Positions 28,730-37,605 of a DNA stretch of 60,664 nucleotides are shown here, in pieces. Position 1 is the stretch's first letter. Each line of letters begins with the position of its first letter. The stretch is from Chloroflexota bacterium (GTDB taxonomy: Bacteria > Chloroflexota > Dehalococcoidia > Lucifugimonadales > UBA3495), in the NCBI GenBank assembly GCA_027623815.1, contig JAQBUV010000005.1:1-60664 (forward strand). Direction: 5' to 3'. The notes below the pieces were generated by a model. The model saw nothing but the letters and a program-made list of their open reading frames with translations. It made no database searches and was not told the DNA's origin. Position numbers and translations under genes: made by a program.

Positions 28730-31579
28730 ATGTTCATGGACCAAGCATTAATATCTGAGCAAGTTGTTGACCGGATCTTTGTTGCTCTCGACCTGGAAAC
28801 CACCGGTCTCGATTCGAATCGGGACTCGATCATCGAGATTGGTGCGGTCAAGTTCCAAGACGACCAGGTTATTGACACCTTCCAGACCTTCGTTAATCCG
28901 GGACGAAACATCCCTGAATTCATCCAGCGTCTGACCGGAATATCTCCCGACCGGGTGAAACGGGCGCCAAATTTTAACGCGGTGATGGATGATCTAGAGT
29001 CATTTCTGGAAGGACATCCAATTGTGGGTCACAACATTGCCTTCGACTTGAAGTTTCTAGACTCCCACGGCTTGACTCTCGCCAATCCTAGCCACGACAC
29101 CTGGGATTTAGCCTCAGTTTTCCTGCCCACCACCAATGAATACTCGCTAAGGTACCTGGCCAAGCTGCTGGGTGCGGAGCACACCAATCCCCACCGCGCC
29201 CTGGATGACGCCCAGGCAACGCGTGAGGTGTTTGTCAGCCTGTTGCGCCAAGCATCGGAACTGGATCCGGGACTGCTGGCCCACATCACCAATCTTTCCA
29301 ACCGTAGCCGCTGGGCAATGGCCTCGCTCTTAGCCGGAGTCGAAGGTAAAAATGGAAACGGGAATGGCACCTCGGCCTTTGGGTTAACCGGACTGAACCT
29401 GGAATACCTATCAACTCGCCTGGGACGCCCCGAACGACGGCGCTTCGACACAGAACTGGCCCACCTGGATGAAAAGAAAATCACCAACCTCCTGGAAGCC
29501 GACGGCCCCTTCTCCAAAGTTTTTCCAGGGTTCGAGCACCGCCCGGAGCAGTTGGAGATGCTTTCCAAAGTCACTGAGGCGATCTACCAGGGTCACCATC
29601 TGGTGGTAGAAGGCGGCACCGGCGTGGGCAAATCAATGGCCTACCTTTTACCCGCTGCCATCTTCGCCGCGTCCAAGGGGCAGCGCGTGGTGATTTCCAC
29701 CAACACCATCAACCTGCAAGAGCAGTTGATGCGCAAAGACATTCCGGCGGTGATAGAGGTGCTGGAAGGCGCAGGACTGGTCAAAGAAGGCTTGATTCAG
29801 GCAGCGCTCCTGAAAGGCCGGGGCAATTACCTGTGCCTGCACCGTTGGGGATACCTGGCCCGCAGCGAAAACCCGTCGGTGGACGACGCCAGGCTGCTGG
29901 GTAAGACCTCGGTGTGGCTTCAGGAAACTACCACTGGTGACCGCAGCGAGATCAACCTTTCTGGTCGAGACGCTTTTACCTGGAGCAAAGTCTCGGCGGG
30001 AGACAAAGGCTGGTGTCCCGGTCTTAGAAACGGCGGCCCCTGCTTCTTGCGCAGCGCCCGTGAAAAAGCCGATCAGGCGCACATTGTGGTGGTGAACCAC
30101 GCTCTGCTGCTGTCCGACCTGATGCACGGCGGCAGCCTCATCCCCGACTACCAGTACTTGATTATTGACGAGGCCCACAATCTGGAAGAGGAAGCCACCA
30201 AGCAATTTGGCTTCGAGATTACTCCAGAGCGACTCCAAGACGAGCTTGAGCCGCTCTCCCGCCTGACCACTCAGGTGCGGGTTGCTCTCAGCACTGAGGA
30301 CCTGGCATCGGTAGCCCGGCAAAACGGCGACCGGTCGGTGGCCGATATCGAGTCGCTGGTGCCCCACCTGCGGGAACTCTGGGCGCGCTTGTGGAGTGAG
30401 ACCGAGCGGTTTCTGGAATCCCAGCGTTCCGGTGGCGGTGGCGACAATTCTCAGTTGCTGATTACAACGCCAATGCGAAACCAGAAGTCTTGGGCCGACC
30501 TGACCCTGGCCTGGGAAAACCTGGACGTTACCCTGGGACAGGCGATCAACCGTATCGCCCAGGTTCAACGTTTTCTTGAGGGAGCTAACCTACCCGCCGT
30601 TGGCGACTCGGACACGCTGACAATGGAAGCCGCCAATATCCAGGAGGCCTTCAGCCAGCTCCGGGTGAACATGTCTTCGGTGATTGGCACCTCCGACGAG
30701 CAAAGCATAATTTGGATCGCCCGTGACCAGTATAAGAATAATGATGTATCGCTACACGCCGCTCCTTTGCAAGTCAGTACCGCCCTGGAGGAGCAGCTCT
30801 TCTCCAAAAAGGAAAGCGTCGTGCTGACCAGCGCCACGCTGAGCACTCAGGGAACTTTCGAATATGTTCGTGGCCGTTTGGGCCTGGGCGAAGAAACCGA
30901 GGAGTTGCTGGTCGGCTCTCCCTTCGACTACCAGAAGGCCGCGCTGCTGATGATCCCCGACGATATGCCCCAGCCAAATTCGGACAAGTATGTTGAATCA
31001 ATGTCCAGGGTGATGGTTGAGTTGGGCAAGTCGCTGAGCGGACACACCATGGCCCTGTTCACCTCCTACTCGGCCCTGCGGTCGGTAGCCCAGCAAATAC
31101 GTTCCTCGCTGATAGTAGAAGGCATCGAAGTGCTGGCGCAGGGGGTAGATGGTTCACCGCAGCAACTAACCCGCCGGTTCATCGAGAACCCCAAGGCTGT
31201 GCTGCTGGGCACCAGCAGCTTTTGGGAAGGGGTGGATTTCCCCAGCGGCGTGCTCAAGGCCCTGGTGCTAACCCGTCTGCCCTTTCAGGTTCCTTCTGAT
31301 CCAATAGTGAAGGCCCGCTCCGACCAGTACGAAGACGCTTTCAAGGAATATTCCATCCCCCAGGCGGTGCTGCGTTTCCGGCAGGGCATTGGGCGGCTGA
31401 TCCGCAACAAGGGCGACAAGGGAGCCATCGTGGTGCTGGACCGCCGAATAACCGGGCGTTCTTATGGGCAGGCGTTCTTAAGTTCGATACCACCTTGCAA
31501 TTTGAAACCGAGCAGCCTGGCAACGGTTGGGACGCTGGCGGCGGAGTGGATTGGGGAAAACCGTGGAAGTAACCATTGA
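28730..31579 (+). CDS. dinG: DnaQ-family (DEDDh) exonuclease / DinG helicase fusion
   Basis: ALDLETTGL, GHNIAFD, HRALDDA; Walker A GTGVGKS, IDEAH, FWEGVD, QGIGRLIR. Confidence 0.93.
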   Translation: MFMDQALISEQVVDRIFVALDLETTGLDSNRDSIIEIGAVKFQDDQVIDTFQTFVNPGRNIPEFIQRLTGISPDRVKRAPNFNAVMDDLESFLEGHPIVGHNIAFDLKFLDSHGLTLANPSHDTWDLASVFLPTTNEYSLRYLAKLLGAEHTNPHRALDDAQATREVFVSLLRQASELDPGLLAHITNLSNRSRWAMASLLAGVEGKNGNGNGTSAFGLTGLNLEYLSTRLGRPERRRFDTELAHLDEKKITNLLEADGPFSKVFPGFEHRPEQLEMLSKVTEAIYQGHHLVVEGGTGVGKSMAYLLPAAIFAASKGQRVVISTNTINLQEQLMRKDIPAVIEVLEGAGLVKEGLIQAALLKGRGNYLCLHRWGYLARSENPSVDDARLLGKTSVWLQETTTGDRSEINLSGRDAFTWSKVSAGDKGWCPGLRNGGPCFLRSAREKADQAHIVVVNHALLLSDLMHGGSLIPDYQYLIIDEAHNLEEEATKQFGFEITPERLQDELEPLSRLTTQVRVALSTEDLASVARQNGDRSVADIESLVPHLRELWARLWSETERFLESQRSGGGGDNSQLLITTPMRNQKSWADLTLAWENLDVTLGQAINRIAQVQRFLEGANLPAVGDSDTLTMEAANIQEAFSQLRVNMSSVIGTSDEQSIIWIARDQYKNNDVSLHAAPLQVSTALEEQLFSKKESVVLTSATLSTQGTFEYVRGRLGLGEETEELLVGSPFDYQKAALLMIPDDMPQPNSDKYVESMSRVMVELGKSLSGHTMALFTSYSALRSVAQQIRSSLIVEGIEVLAQGVDGSPQQLTRRFIENPKAVLLGTSSFWEGVDFPSGVLKALVLTRLPFQVPSDPIVKARSDQYEDAFKEYSIPQAVLRFRQGIGRLIRNKGDKGAIVVLDRRITGRSYGQAFLSSIPPCNLKPSSLATVGTLAAEWIGENRGSNH

Positions 31580-32408
31580 CCCACCTTTCGATCTAGCGTC
31601 CACCCTGGAAAGCGGCCAAGCCCACCGCTGGCGCAAGGAAGACGAAGGGTGGTACTCAGGCGTGGTGCGGGGCAACTTCATCAAAATGCGCCAGTCCGAA
31701 CATGGCGTTGAGTTCCGCGCGCAACCCTGGCCCGAAACCTCGGTGATTCCCATCCTGCAAAGCTACTTCCGGTTGGACGACGACCTCAACGCCATCTACC
31801 AGGAGATAACCCAAGACCAGCGGGTAGCCACTATGGTCAATCGGTATTCTGGACTGCGAGTGCTGCGTCAGGAGCCCTGGGAGTGCCTGGTCGCCTTCAT
31901 TTGCTCGGCCAACTCCAACATCAAACGCATCCACCAGGTCATGGAGAAGATGGCCGAGGGCTTCGGCGAACCCATCGTCATGGAAGGCGAGGTGCGTCAC
32001 GCATTCCCCACTCCTATCCAGTTGGTTGAAGCGGGGGAGCAGGAACTGCGCCGGCTGGGGCTAGGGTTCAGGGCGCCCTACGTGGACAAGGCTACCCGGC
32101 GGGTGGTGGAGAAGCTGCTGGACTTAGATGAGCTGATCGACATGCCCTACGACGAGGCCAAGGCAAGGCTGATGGAGTGCGTGGGCATTGGCCCAAAAAT
32201 CGCCGACTGCATCCTGGTATTTTCACTGGAAAAGATGGAAGCCTTTCCAATTGATGTTTGGGTGCGCCGCGCCTTGGCCGAGTGGTACTTCCCCGGCGAG
32301 AAGACCCCCAGCAACCAGGCGCTGTCGGAATGGGCGCACGACCACTTTGGGCGCTACGCTGGTTACTCTCAGCAATATTTGTTTCACGGGAGGAGGCTGG
32401 AGAAGTAG
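31563..32408 (+). CDS. 8-oxoguanine DNA glycosylase, OGG1-type (HhH-GPD)
   Basis: TLESGQAHRW, GLRVLRQEPWECLVAFICSAN, GIGPKIADCI, FPIDVW, YAGYSQQYLF. GTG 31563 overlaps the dinG end. Confidence 0.9.
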   Translation: MEVTIDPPFDLASTLESGQAHRWRKEDEGWYSGVVRGNFIKMRQSEHGVEFRAQPWPETSVIPILQSYFRLDDDLNAIYQEITQDQRVATMVNRYSGLRVLRQEPWECLVAFICSANSNIKRIHQVMEKMAEGFGEPIVMEGEVRHAFPTPIQLVEAGEQELRRLGLGFRAPYVDKATRRVVEKLLDLDELIDMPYDEAKARLMECVGIGPKIADCILVFSLEKMEAFPIDVWVRRALAEWYFPGEKTPSNQALSEWAHDHFGRYAGYSQQYLFHGRRLEK

Positions 32409-32410
32409 GA

Positions 32411-33442
32411 TTAAGGCCTCAACAGCAGCTTCCCGAAAAAATTGGTGTCCGCCATTGCCTGGTGCGCAGCGGCGGCCTCAGCCAGCGGAAACACCTGATG
32501 CACCACCGGGTGGATCACTCCCCGGTTCAGCATCGCCACAATCTCCCGCATATCCTCGTTGGTGCCCATGAAGCCGCCGTAAATTTCAATCTGACGGGTA
32601 AACAACAGCCCTAAATGCAGCTCGGCCCGCAGTCCGGTAGTCGCACCGCAAATGGTGTAGCGGCCACCCGGTCTCAGCGAACCAAAAGCGGCGGTGAAAA
32701 ACTCGGCCCCCACGTGGTCCAACACCACGTCCACACCCTTGCCGCCGGTGATGGCTTTGACCCGCTCGGCGATGTCTTCCTCTTTGTAGTTGATCACCTC
32801 GTCGGCCCCCAAGCTACGGGCCTGGGCCGCTTTCTCGGAGGTGCTGGTGGTGGCAATTACCCGGGCTCCCACCACCTTCTTGGCCACCTGTATCGCCGCA
32901 GTCCCCACCCCGGCAGAAGCCGATAGGACTAACACCGTCTCCCAGGGTTTGAGCTGGGCACGACGCACTAACAAGTTCCAGACCGGCAGGAACGTGGTCG
33001 GCGCGGCGGCGGCTTCTTCGTAAGACACGGCCTCGGCAATGGGGTGGGCGTTCACCGCCGGCACCGCAATGTATTCGGCGTAGCTGCCATCGACGGCGCT
33101 GCCCATGAACTGAGGCGGCGGCGCGGCGGCCTCGGGCGGGTACGCGCCAAGCTGCATCGGATCGATCAGGGGATTGACCACCACCCGGTCGCCGGCTTTC
33201 AGGCCGAGGACGCTATCACCGACTTCCAGCACGTCACCGGCGCAGTCACCGCCCAGAATCAACGGTGGCGGAAAGTCACGGCGCAGTCCGCGTCCGCCTT
33301 CCCTGGTAAACAGGTCCAGCCGGTTCAACGCCGACGCCCGCACCTTAACTTTAACTTCGTTAGGCTTGATCGCCGGATCGGGCCGGTCTCCGTAGATCAA
33401 TACCTCCGGCCCTCCGTGGGCTTCAATGTATACAGCTTTCAT
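32411..33442 (-). CDS. MDR-family NADPH:quinone oxidoreductase-like protein (lacks Zn ligands)
   Basis: GGPEVL, ALNRLD, ILGGD, ASAGVGTAAIQVAK, GADEVINY, GVDVVLDHVG; no structural-Zn Cys lobe. Confidence 0.88.
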   Translation of the reverse strand: MKAVYIEAHGGPEVLIYGDRPDPAIKPNEVKVKVRASALNRLDLFTREGGRGLRRDFPPPLILGGDCAGDVLEVGDSVLGLKAGDRVVVNPLIDPMQLGAYPPEAAAPPPQFMGSAVDGSYAEYIAVPAVNAHPIAEAVSYEEAAAAPTTFLPVWNLLVRRAQLKPWETVLVLSASAGVGTAAIQVAKKVVGARVIATTSTSEKAAQARSLGADEVINYKEEDIAERVKAITGGKGVDVVLDHVGAEFFTAAFGSLRPGGRYTICGATTGLRAELHLGLLFTRQIEIYGGFMGTNEDMREIVAMLNRGVIHPVVHQVFPLAEAAAAHQAMADTNFFGKLLLRP

Positions 33443-33481
33443 CAGATTTTCGTCTCCAAAATAATAGCGAGAGGTGACGCT

Positions 33482-33706
33482 CTAAGGCCGCCGACCCTCG
33501 TAACAGTCATTGCACAGAAACACAATGGCCAGCGCGTCTTCGTGGCTGGCGATACGACCGCACAGGGGTATATCGCTGCCCTCTGTCCAGGGGCGGTGGA
33601 ACCCGCCGCCGCACATCTGACAGGAAGTCTGATGAACCCCATCCAGCGGGCCGTCGCAGATTACGCACGATTCCTGATCCAACTCTTGATCTACAGCCTC
33701 AGACAT
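33482..33706 (-). CDS. Small Cys/His-rich zinc-finger-like protein
   Basis: 74 aa from ATG 33706, overlapping the cca stop; CVIC...CQMCGGGFH...C...CNDC. Confidence 0.7.
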   Translation of the reverse strand: MSEAVDQELDQESCVICDGPLDGVHQTSCQMCGGGFHRPWTEGSDIPLCGRIASHEDALAIVFLCNDCYEGRRP

Positions 33707-34892
33707 CTTCTCTCCCGGCCAGAATCCTTCGCACCAATTGTCGCTCATCCTCTTCGGATTCCACCAGGCGGTCCAGTTTTGCCGTCCGCAATTTCCCCAG
33801 TATGCGACCGACCAGAGGGCCTTCAGTGACTCCCATAGCCAGCATCGAGTCGCCGTCCAAAATAGGATTAACCTGACACAATTCGGTCAGATACAGATCG
33901 AGTCTTTGCGACACCACGCCCGGGCGGCCAATCTGCGAGACGGCTGCTATTGCTTCTTCTGAGCGACCTTCAAGCAACTGGCATATCTCCGAGTTTGGCA
34001 GAGTAGCCGACGAAAACTGGGGTACAAGTTGCCTCAATTCCCCGGTGTCCTGTACTACTTTAGCCCAATGACCGGGCAAGTTAAAACGCTGGATGACCCC
34101 TTCGGCGTCCTGTGACGACAGGGGGTAGGCCAGCGCCGCCAAATACAGCATTGAGCTTGAGTGATTATCTCCGCTTGACCTGGAATCCAGGGATAATATT
34201 GGGGTCTGATCGATCAAAGCTGGATGGATGGCTTTCAGGACTCCCAGATCAATCGCCCGTGCTAAAGCCGGGCCGGGATGCTGCTCAGCCAAGATTCGTT
34301 CCAGTTCGTGGCGCAGCCGATCACCGCTGACCGCATCCATATAACCGCTGGCCAGAGCGTGCCGCAAGTGGGCTTTACTTTCTATTTCCAAAGCGAATCC
34401 AAACCGCTGCTCGTATCGCACTGCCCGCAGCATACGAGTTGGGTCATCGGCAAAGCTTAGCGGGTGCAGGGTTCGGATCAAGCCTTTGCCCAATTCATCG
34501 ATACCGTGATGCTCGTCGATAGGCTGGGGGACAGACTGGAACAGAGGCAAAGCCAGGGTGTTGATGGAAAAGTCGCGGCGGGCCAGGTCATCGTGTATCG
34601 TGCCGGGTGAAACCTCCGGCAGCGCGCCAGGGGCTGAATACACTTCCTGGCGAGCCGTTACCAGGTCAATATGACAATCTTCGTGGGACACGGTGGCGGT
34701 GCCAAAACGGTCATGTACCACCAAATGCCAGCCCAGTTCCCGCGCCAACTCCGAGGCCAGTTGCGGCGCGTCGCCTTCCAGCACAAAGTCCAGGTCAGTA
34801 GTCGGAGCACCCAACAGCACATCGCGAACCGGGCCGCCCACCAGGTACACCGGCAAAGATTCGGCCAAGGCTCTCTGGCGAAGGGTTTTCAA
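33699..34892 (-). CDS. cca: CCA tRNA nucleotidyltransferase / poly(A) polymerase family (true start may lie upstream, up to 34967)
   Basis: YLVGGPVRD.LLG....DLD, RFGTA, DLVTARQE.Y..PGALP, DLARRDFSIN, SFADDPTRMLRAVRYEQRF. Confidence 0.88.
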   Translation of the reverse strand: MKTLRQRALAESLPVYLVGGPVRDVLLGAPTTDLDFVLEGDAPQLASELARELGWHLVVHDRFGTATVSHEDCHIDLVTARQEVYSAPGALPEVSPGTIHDDLARRDFSINTLALPLFQSVPQPIDEHHGIDELGKGLIRTLHPLSFADDPTRMLRAVRYEQRFGFALEIESKAHLRHALASGYMDAVSGDRLRHELERILAEQHPGPALARAIDLGVLKAIHPALIDQTPILSLDSRSSGDNHSSSMLYLAALAYPLSSQDAEGVIQRFNLPGHWAKVVQDTGELRQLVPQFSSATLPNSEICQLLEGRSEEAIAAVSQIGRPGVVSQRLDLYLTELCQVNPILDGDSMLAMGVTEGPLVGRILGKLRTAKLDRLVESEEDERQLVRRILAGREDV

Positions 34893-34991
34893 GAATATGA
34901 GGTTGCTGCCACCGATGCTTTTTTCGATAGCCTGGAGAGTATTGGGGATGTGCCGCAGCTTCCGCGTGGGAGGGCCTCCTGTCTGCCGCCT

Positions 34992-35000
34992 ATTATAGCA
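34992..35000 (-). promoter_or_regulatory. Extended -10 promoter for cca
   Basis: TGCTATAAT on the minus strand, followed by AGGAGG at 34980-34975. Confidence 0.55.
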
Positions 35001-35069
35001 TGGCGGTGACCACGCTTTGGGTTCCAGGCGTCGCCGAAACGAAACAACCTGATAGCCAACGAGCCACCT

Positions 35070-35097
35070 TGGACATCAACGGCCGCTATGCTACAAT
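35070..35097 (+). promoter_or_regulatory. Promoter for the DsbA(Sec)-rnc-ftsY transcript
   Basis: TGGACA (35070-75), 16 nt, TGc-TACAAT (35092-97). Confidence 0.5.
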
Positions 35098-35148
35098 CCT
35101 GACAGCGCATCCGTGGGTTTCTACGAGCACAATTTCAGGAGGTAGAGC

Positions 35149-35784
35149 ATGTCCGAGTTTAACTTCACCACATACTACGACTTTCGTTGACCCTTCGTAT
35201 ACAACGCAGCCGTGTGGCTGTCGAAGGTAAGAGAGACCACCGGACAGTCGGTGGATGTCGACTGGCAGCCCTTCTCGCTGGCCCAGGCCAATAGTGCGGA
35301 CAAGGGCGAGGATTTTAAAATCTGGGAGCAGCCGGGGATAATAGACGGTTCGGACACAGCGTTACTGGCTCACCGCGCTGGCTTGGCCGCCAAGCGTCAG
35401 GGTAAAGAGGCATTTGAGTCCTACTTGATGACCCTACTAAAGGCCCGCCACGAAGAGAAGAAAGACCTGACCGACCCGGCGGTGATCCACGATGCTGGGG
35501 TCGCTGCCGGCATCGACATGGGACAGTTCCAGGAGGACCTGCTCGATCCTGATCTGCTGCGGGAAATCGGCGAAAGCCACACCAAGGCCGTTGAAGAACA
35601 CGGCGCATTCGGTGTGCCGACCTATGTGTTCCCGGGCGGTGGCACGGCGTTCATCAAGATGTTCGTCCCCCCCGATGAACAGGCCGGAGCCATCTACAAC
35701 AACCTGAGCGAAATGGTCTCCACCCTGATGCACGTCGGCGAGGTCAAGCGGCCCCAGCCGCCCTGGCCCCACGGTGTTATCTAG
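35149..35784 (+). CDS. DsbA-family (Rv2466c-like) thioredoxin-fold protein, probable selenoprotein (U14)
   Basis: SD AGGAGGT then ATG 35149 reads MSEFNFTTYYDFR-TGA(35188-90)-PFVYNAAVWL, in frame with the 35212 ORF. TGA sits at the Cys of DxxCP. cis-Pro motif FGVPT present. Confidence 0.85.
35191..35227 (+). promoter_or_regulatory. Candidate bacterial SECIS element
   Basis: CCTTCG/CGAAGG lower stem and CAGCC-GTGT-GGCTG apical hairpin; loop starts 21 nt after UGA. Confidence 0.7.
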
Positions 35785-35796
35785 GAAGATTATCGC

Positions 35797-36504
35797 TTGA
35801 GCACGGAACGATTAACTGAACGGTTAGAGGCTGTGCTGGGTTTGTCCTTCAATAACCAGGGCTTGTTACAACAGGCCCTGGTTCATGGTTCCTTTCTCAA
35901 CGAGCAGGGCGGCTCATCGCTAGATTCCTACGAGCGGATGGAGTTCTTGGGGGATGCCGTCTTGGAACTGGTGGTCTCAACCGAAATTTACCACCGGCTG
36001 CCTCAACTTCCAGAAGGGGGACTGACCAAAATCCGCGCCGGTCTGGTGTGCCGGGAAAGTCTGTCCCAAGCCGCCCAATCTATCAATCTGGGCAGCTTCC
36101 TGTCCCTGGGCAGGGGTGAGGAAGCCTCTGGCGGCAGGGAGCGGGACTCGATTCTGGAAGCGGCATTTGAAGCCCTGGTTGCCGCCATCTATCTGGACCA
36201 GGGATACGAACCAGCTCGCGGCTTCATACTGAAATCCTTGCACGACGCCCTGGCAGACGTTTGTCGGCGGGGTTCTTCGTTAGACAACCCCAAGTCGGCT
36301 CTGCAGGAATATATTCAAGGCCAGGGCAAGCCAGCGCCTCGTTATCAGCTGGTGTCGGCGGAAGGCCCCGATCACAGTCCAGTATTCACCGTGGAAGTCT
36401 TGGTCGGCGATCAGGTCATTGGTGCGGGACGGGGCGCCAAGAAGTCCGACGCTGAACGCGACGCCGCCCTGGATGCTTTGCAAAAATCCGCTATCCAACC
36501 GTAA
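35797..36504 (+). CDS. rnc: Ribonuclease III
   Basis: ERMEFLGDAVLEL, LGRGEE.SGGR, AFEALVAAIYLD, dsRBD NPKSALQE...GPDH. Confidence 0.97.
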   Translation: MSTERLTERLEAVLGLSFNNQGLLQQALVHGSFLNEQGGSSLDSYERMEFLGDAVLELVVSTEIYHRLPQLPEGGLTKIRAGLVCRESLSQAAQSINLGSFLSLGRGEEASGGRERDSILEAAFEALVAAIYLDQGYEPARGFILKSLHDALADVCRRGSSLDNPKSALQEYIQGQGKPAPRYQLVSAEGPDHSPVFTVEVLVGDQVIGAGRGAKKSDAERDAALDALQKSAIQP

Positions 36505-36565
36505 ACCCAGAATACCGAGGACAACGGCCCTCGCATTCCCCGACGGTAAGTAAGATAATAATGCC

Positions 36566-37522
36566 ATGTTTAGCATCTTCAAACGCAATCGCGCCGAAAA
36601 CAAAAAGCAGACCGATGAAGGCGTCAAGCGCAGTCGGGAACGCTGGTTTGGCAAGGTCTTGGGCCTGCTACGTTCTTCCCGGCTGGATGACTCAGTGTGG
36701 GATGAATTAGAGGAAATCCTGATATCCGCCGATGTGGGTGTCGAGACTTCATTGGGCATCATCGAAGAGTTAAAATCCCAGGTCAAAGACCAACGTATTG
36801 AAGACCCGGAGCAGGCTTTTGAGAAGCTCAAGGAAACCTTGGCCCAGGGATTTGGCTCAAATAATTCCAGCGACGTATGGCTGGACAACGATGATGAACC
36901 CCGGCCCTACGTGATCTTGATGGTGGGAGTTAATGGCGTTGGCAAGACCACCAGCATCGCCAAGCTGGCCTACCACTTCAAGCGGGCGGGCAAGAAGGTG
37001 GTGCTGGGCGCAGCGGACACCTTCCGCGCCGCCGCTGAGGAACAGTTGGAAATCCTTGGTGAGCGCGTGGGCGTAGATGTTATCAGTCACAGTCCCGGCG
37101 CTGACCCCGGAGCGGTGGCTTACGACGCTTATCAGGCTGCCAAAGCCCGCAACGCCGACGTGCTGATTATCGACACCGCCGGACGTTTGCACACCAAGTC
37201 TAACTTAATGGAAGAGTTGAAGAAGGTGCATCGGGTGATCGCCCGCCTGGAACCCACCGCTCCCCACCAGGTGCTGCTGACCCTGGACGCCACCACCGGA
37301 CACAATGGTCTGGCCCAAGCCAAGTCCTTCAAGGACTCGGTCAATTGCACTGGCATCTTCTTGTCCAAGTTGGACGGTACCGCCCGGGGTGGCATCGCCT
37401 TGGCAATCCAGCAGGAACTACAGGTGCCCATACTGTTCATCGGCACCGGAGAATCGTTGGATGATATGGCTCCCTTCGACGCTAAGGACTTTGTGGACGC
37501 TTTACTTGCCCCGGTGTCCTAG
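36566..37522 (+). CDS. ftsY: SRP receptor FtsY
   Basis: GVNGVGKTTSIAKLA, DTFRAAA, DTAGRLH, KLDGTARGG, GTGE. Confidence 0.97.
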   Translation: MFSIFKRNRAENKKQTDEGVKRSRERWFGKVLGLLRSSRLDDSVWDELEEILISADVGVETSLGIIEELKSQVKDQRIEDPEQAFEKLKETLAQGFGSNNSSDVWLDNDDEPRPYVILMVGVNGVGKTTSIAKLAYHFKRAGKKVVLGAADTFRAAAEEQLEILGERVGVDVISHSPGADPGAVAYDAYQAAKARNADVLIIDTAGRLHTKSNLMEELKKVHRVIARLEPTAPHQVLLTLDATTGHNGLAQAKSFKDSVNCTGIFLSKLDGTARGGIALAIQQELQVPILFIGTGESLDDMAPFDAKDFVDALLAPVS

Positions 37523-37605
37523 CTTATTCCGGCTGGATTTCTCCGGGTTATCGCCCTGCTTCCCTCGATGCCTGCACCCCTTAATCAGCCCCAAGAGTAG
37601 CTGGC

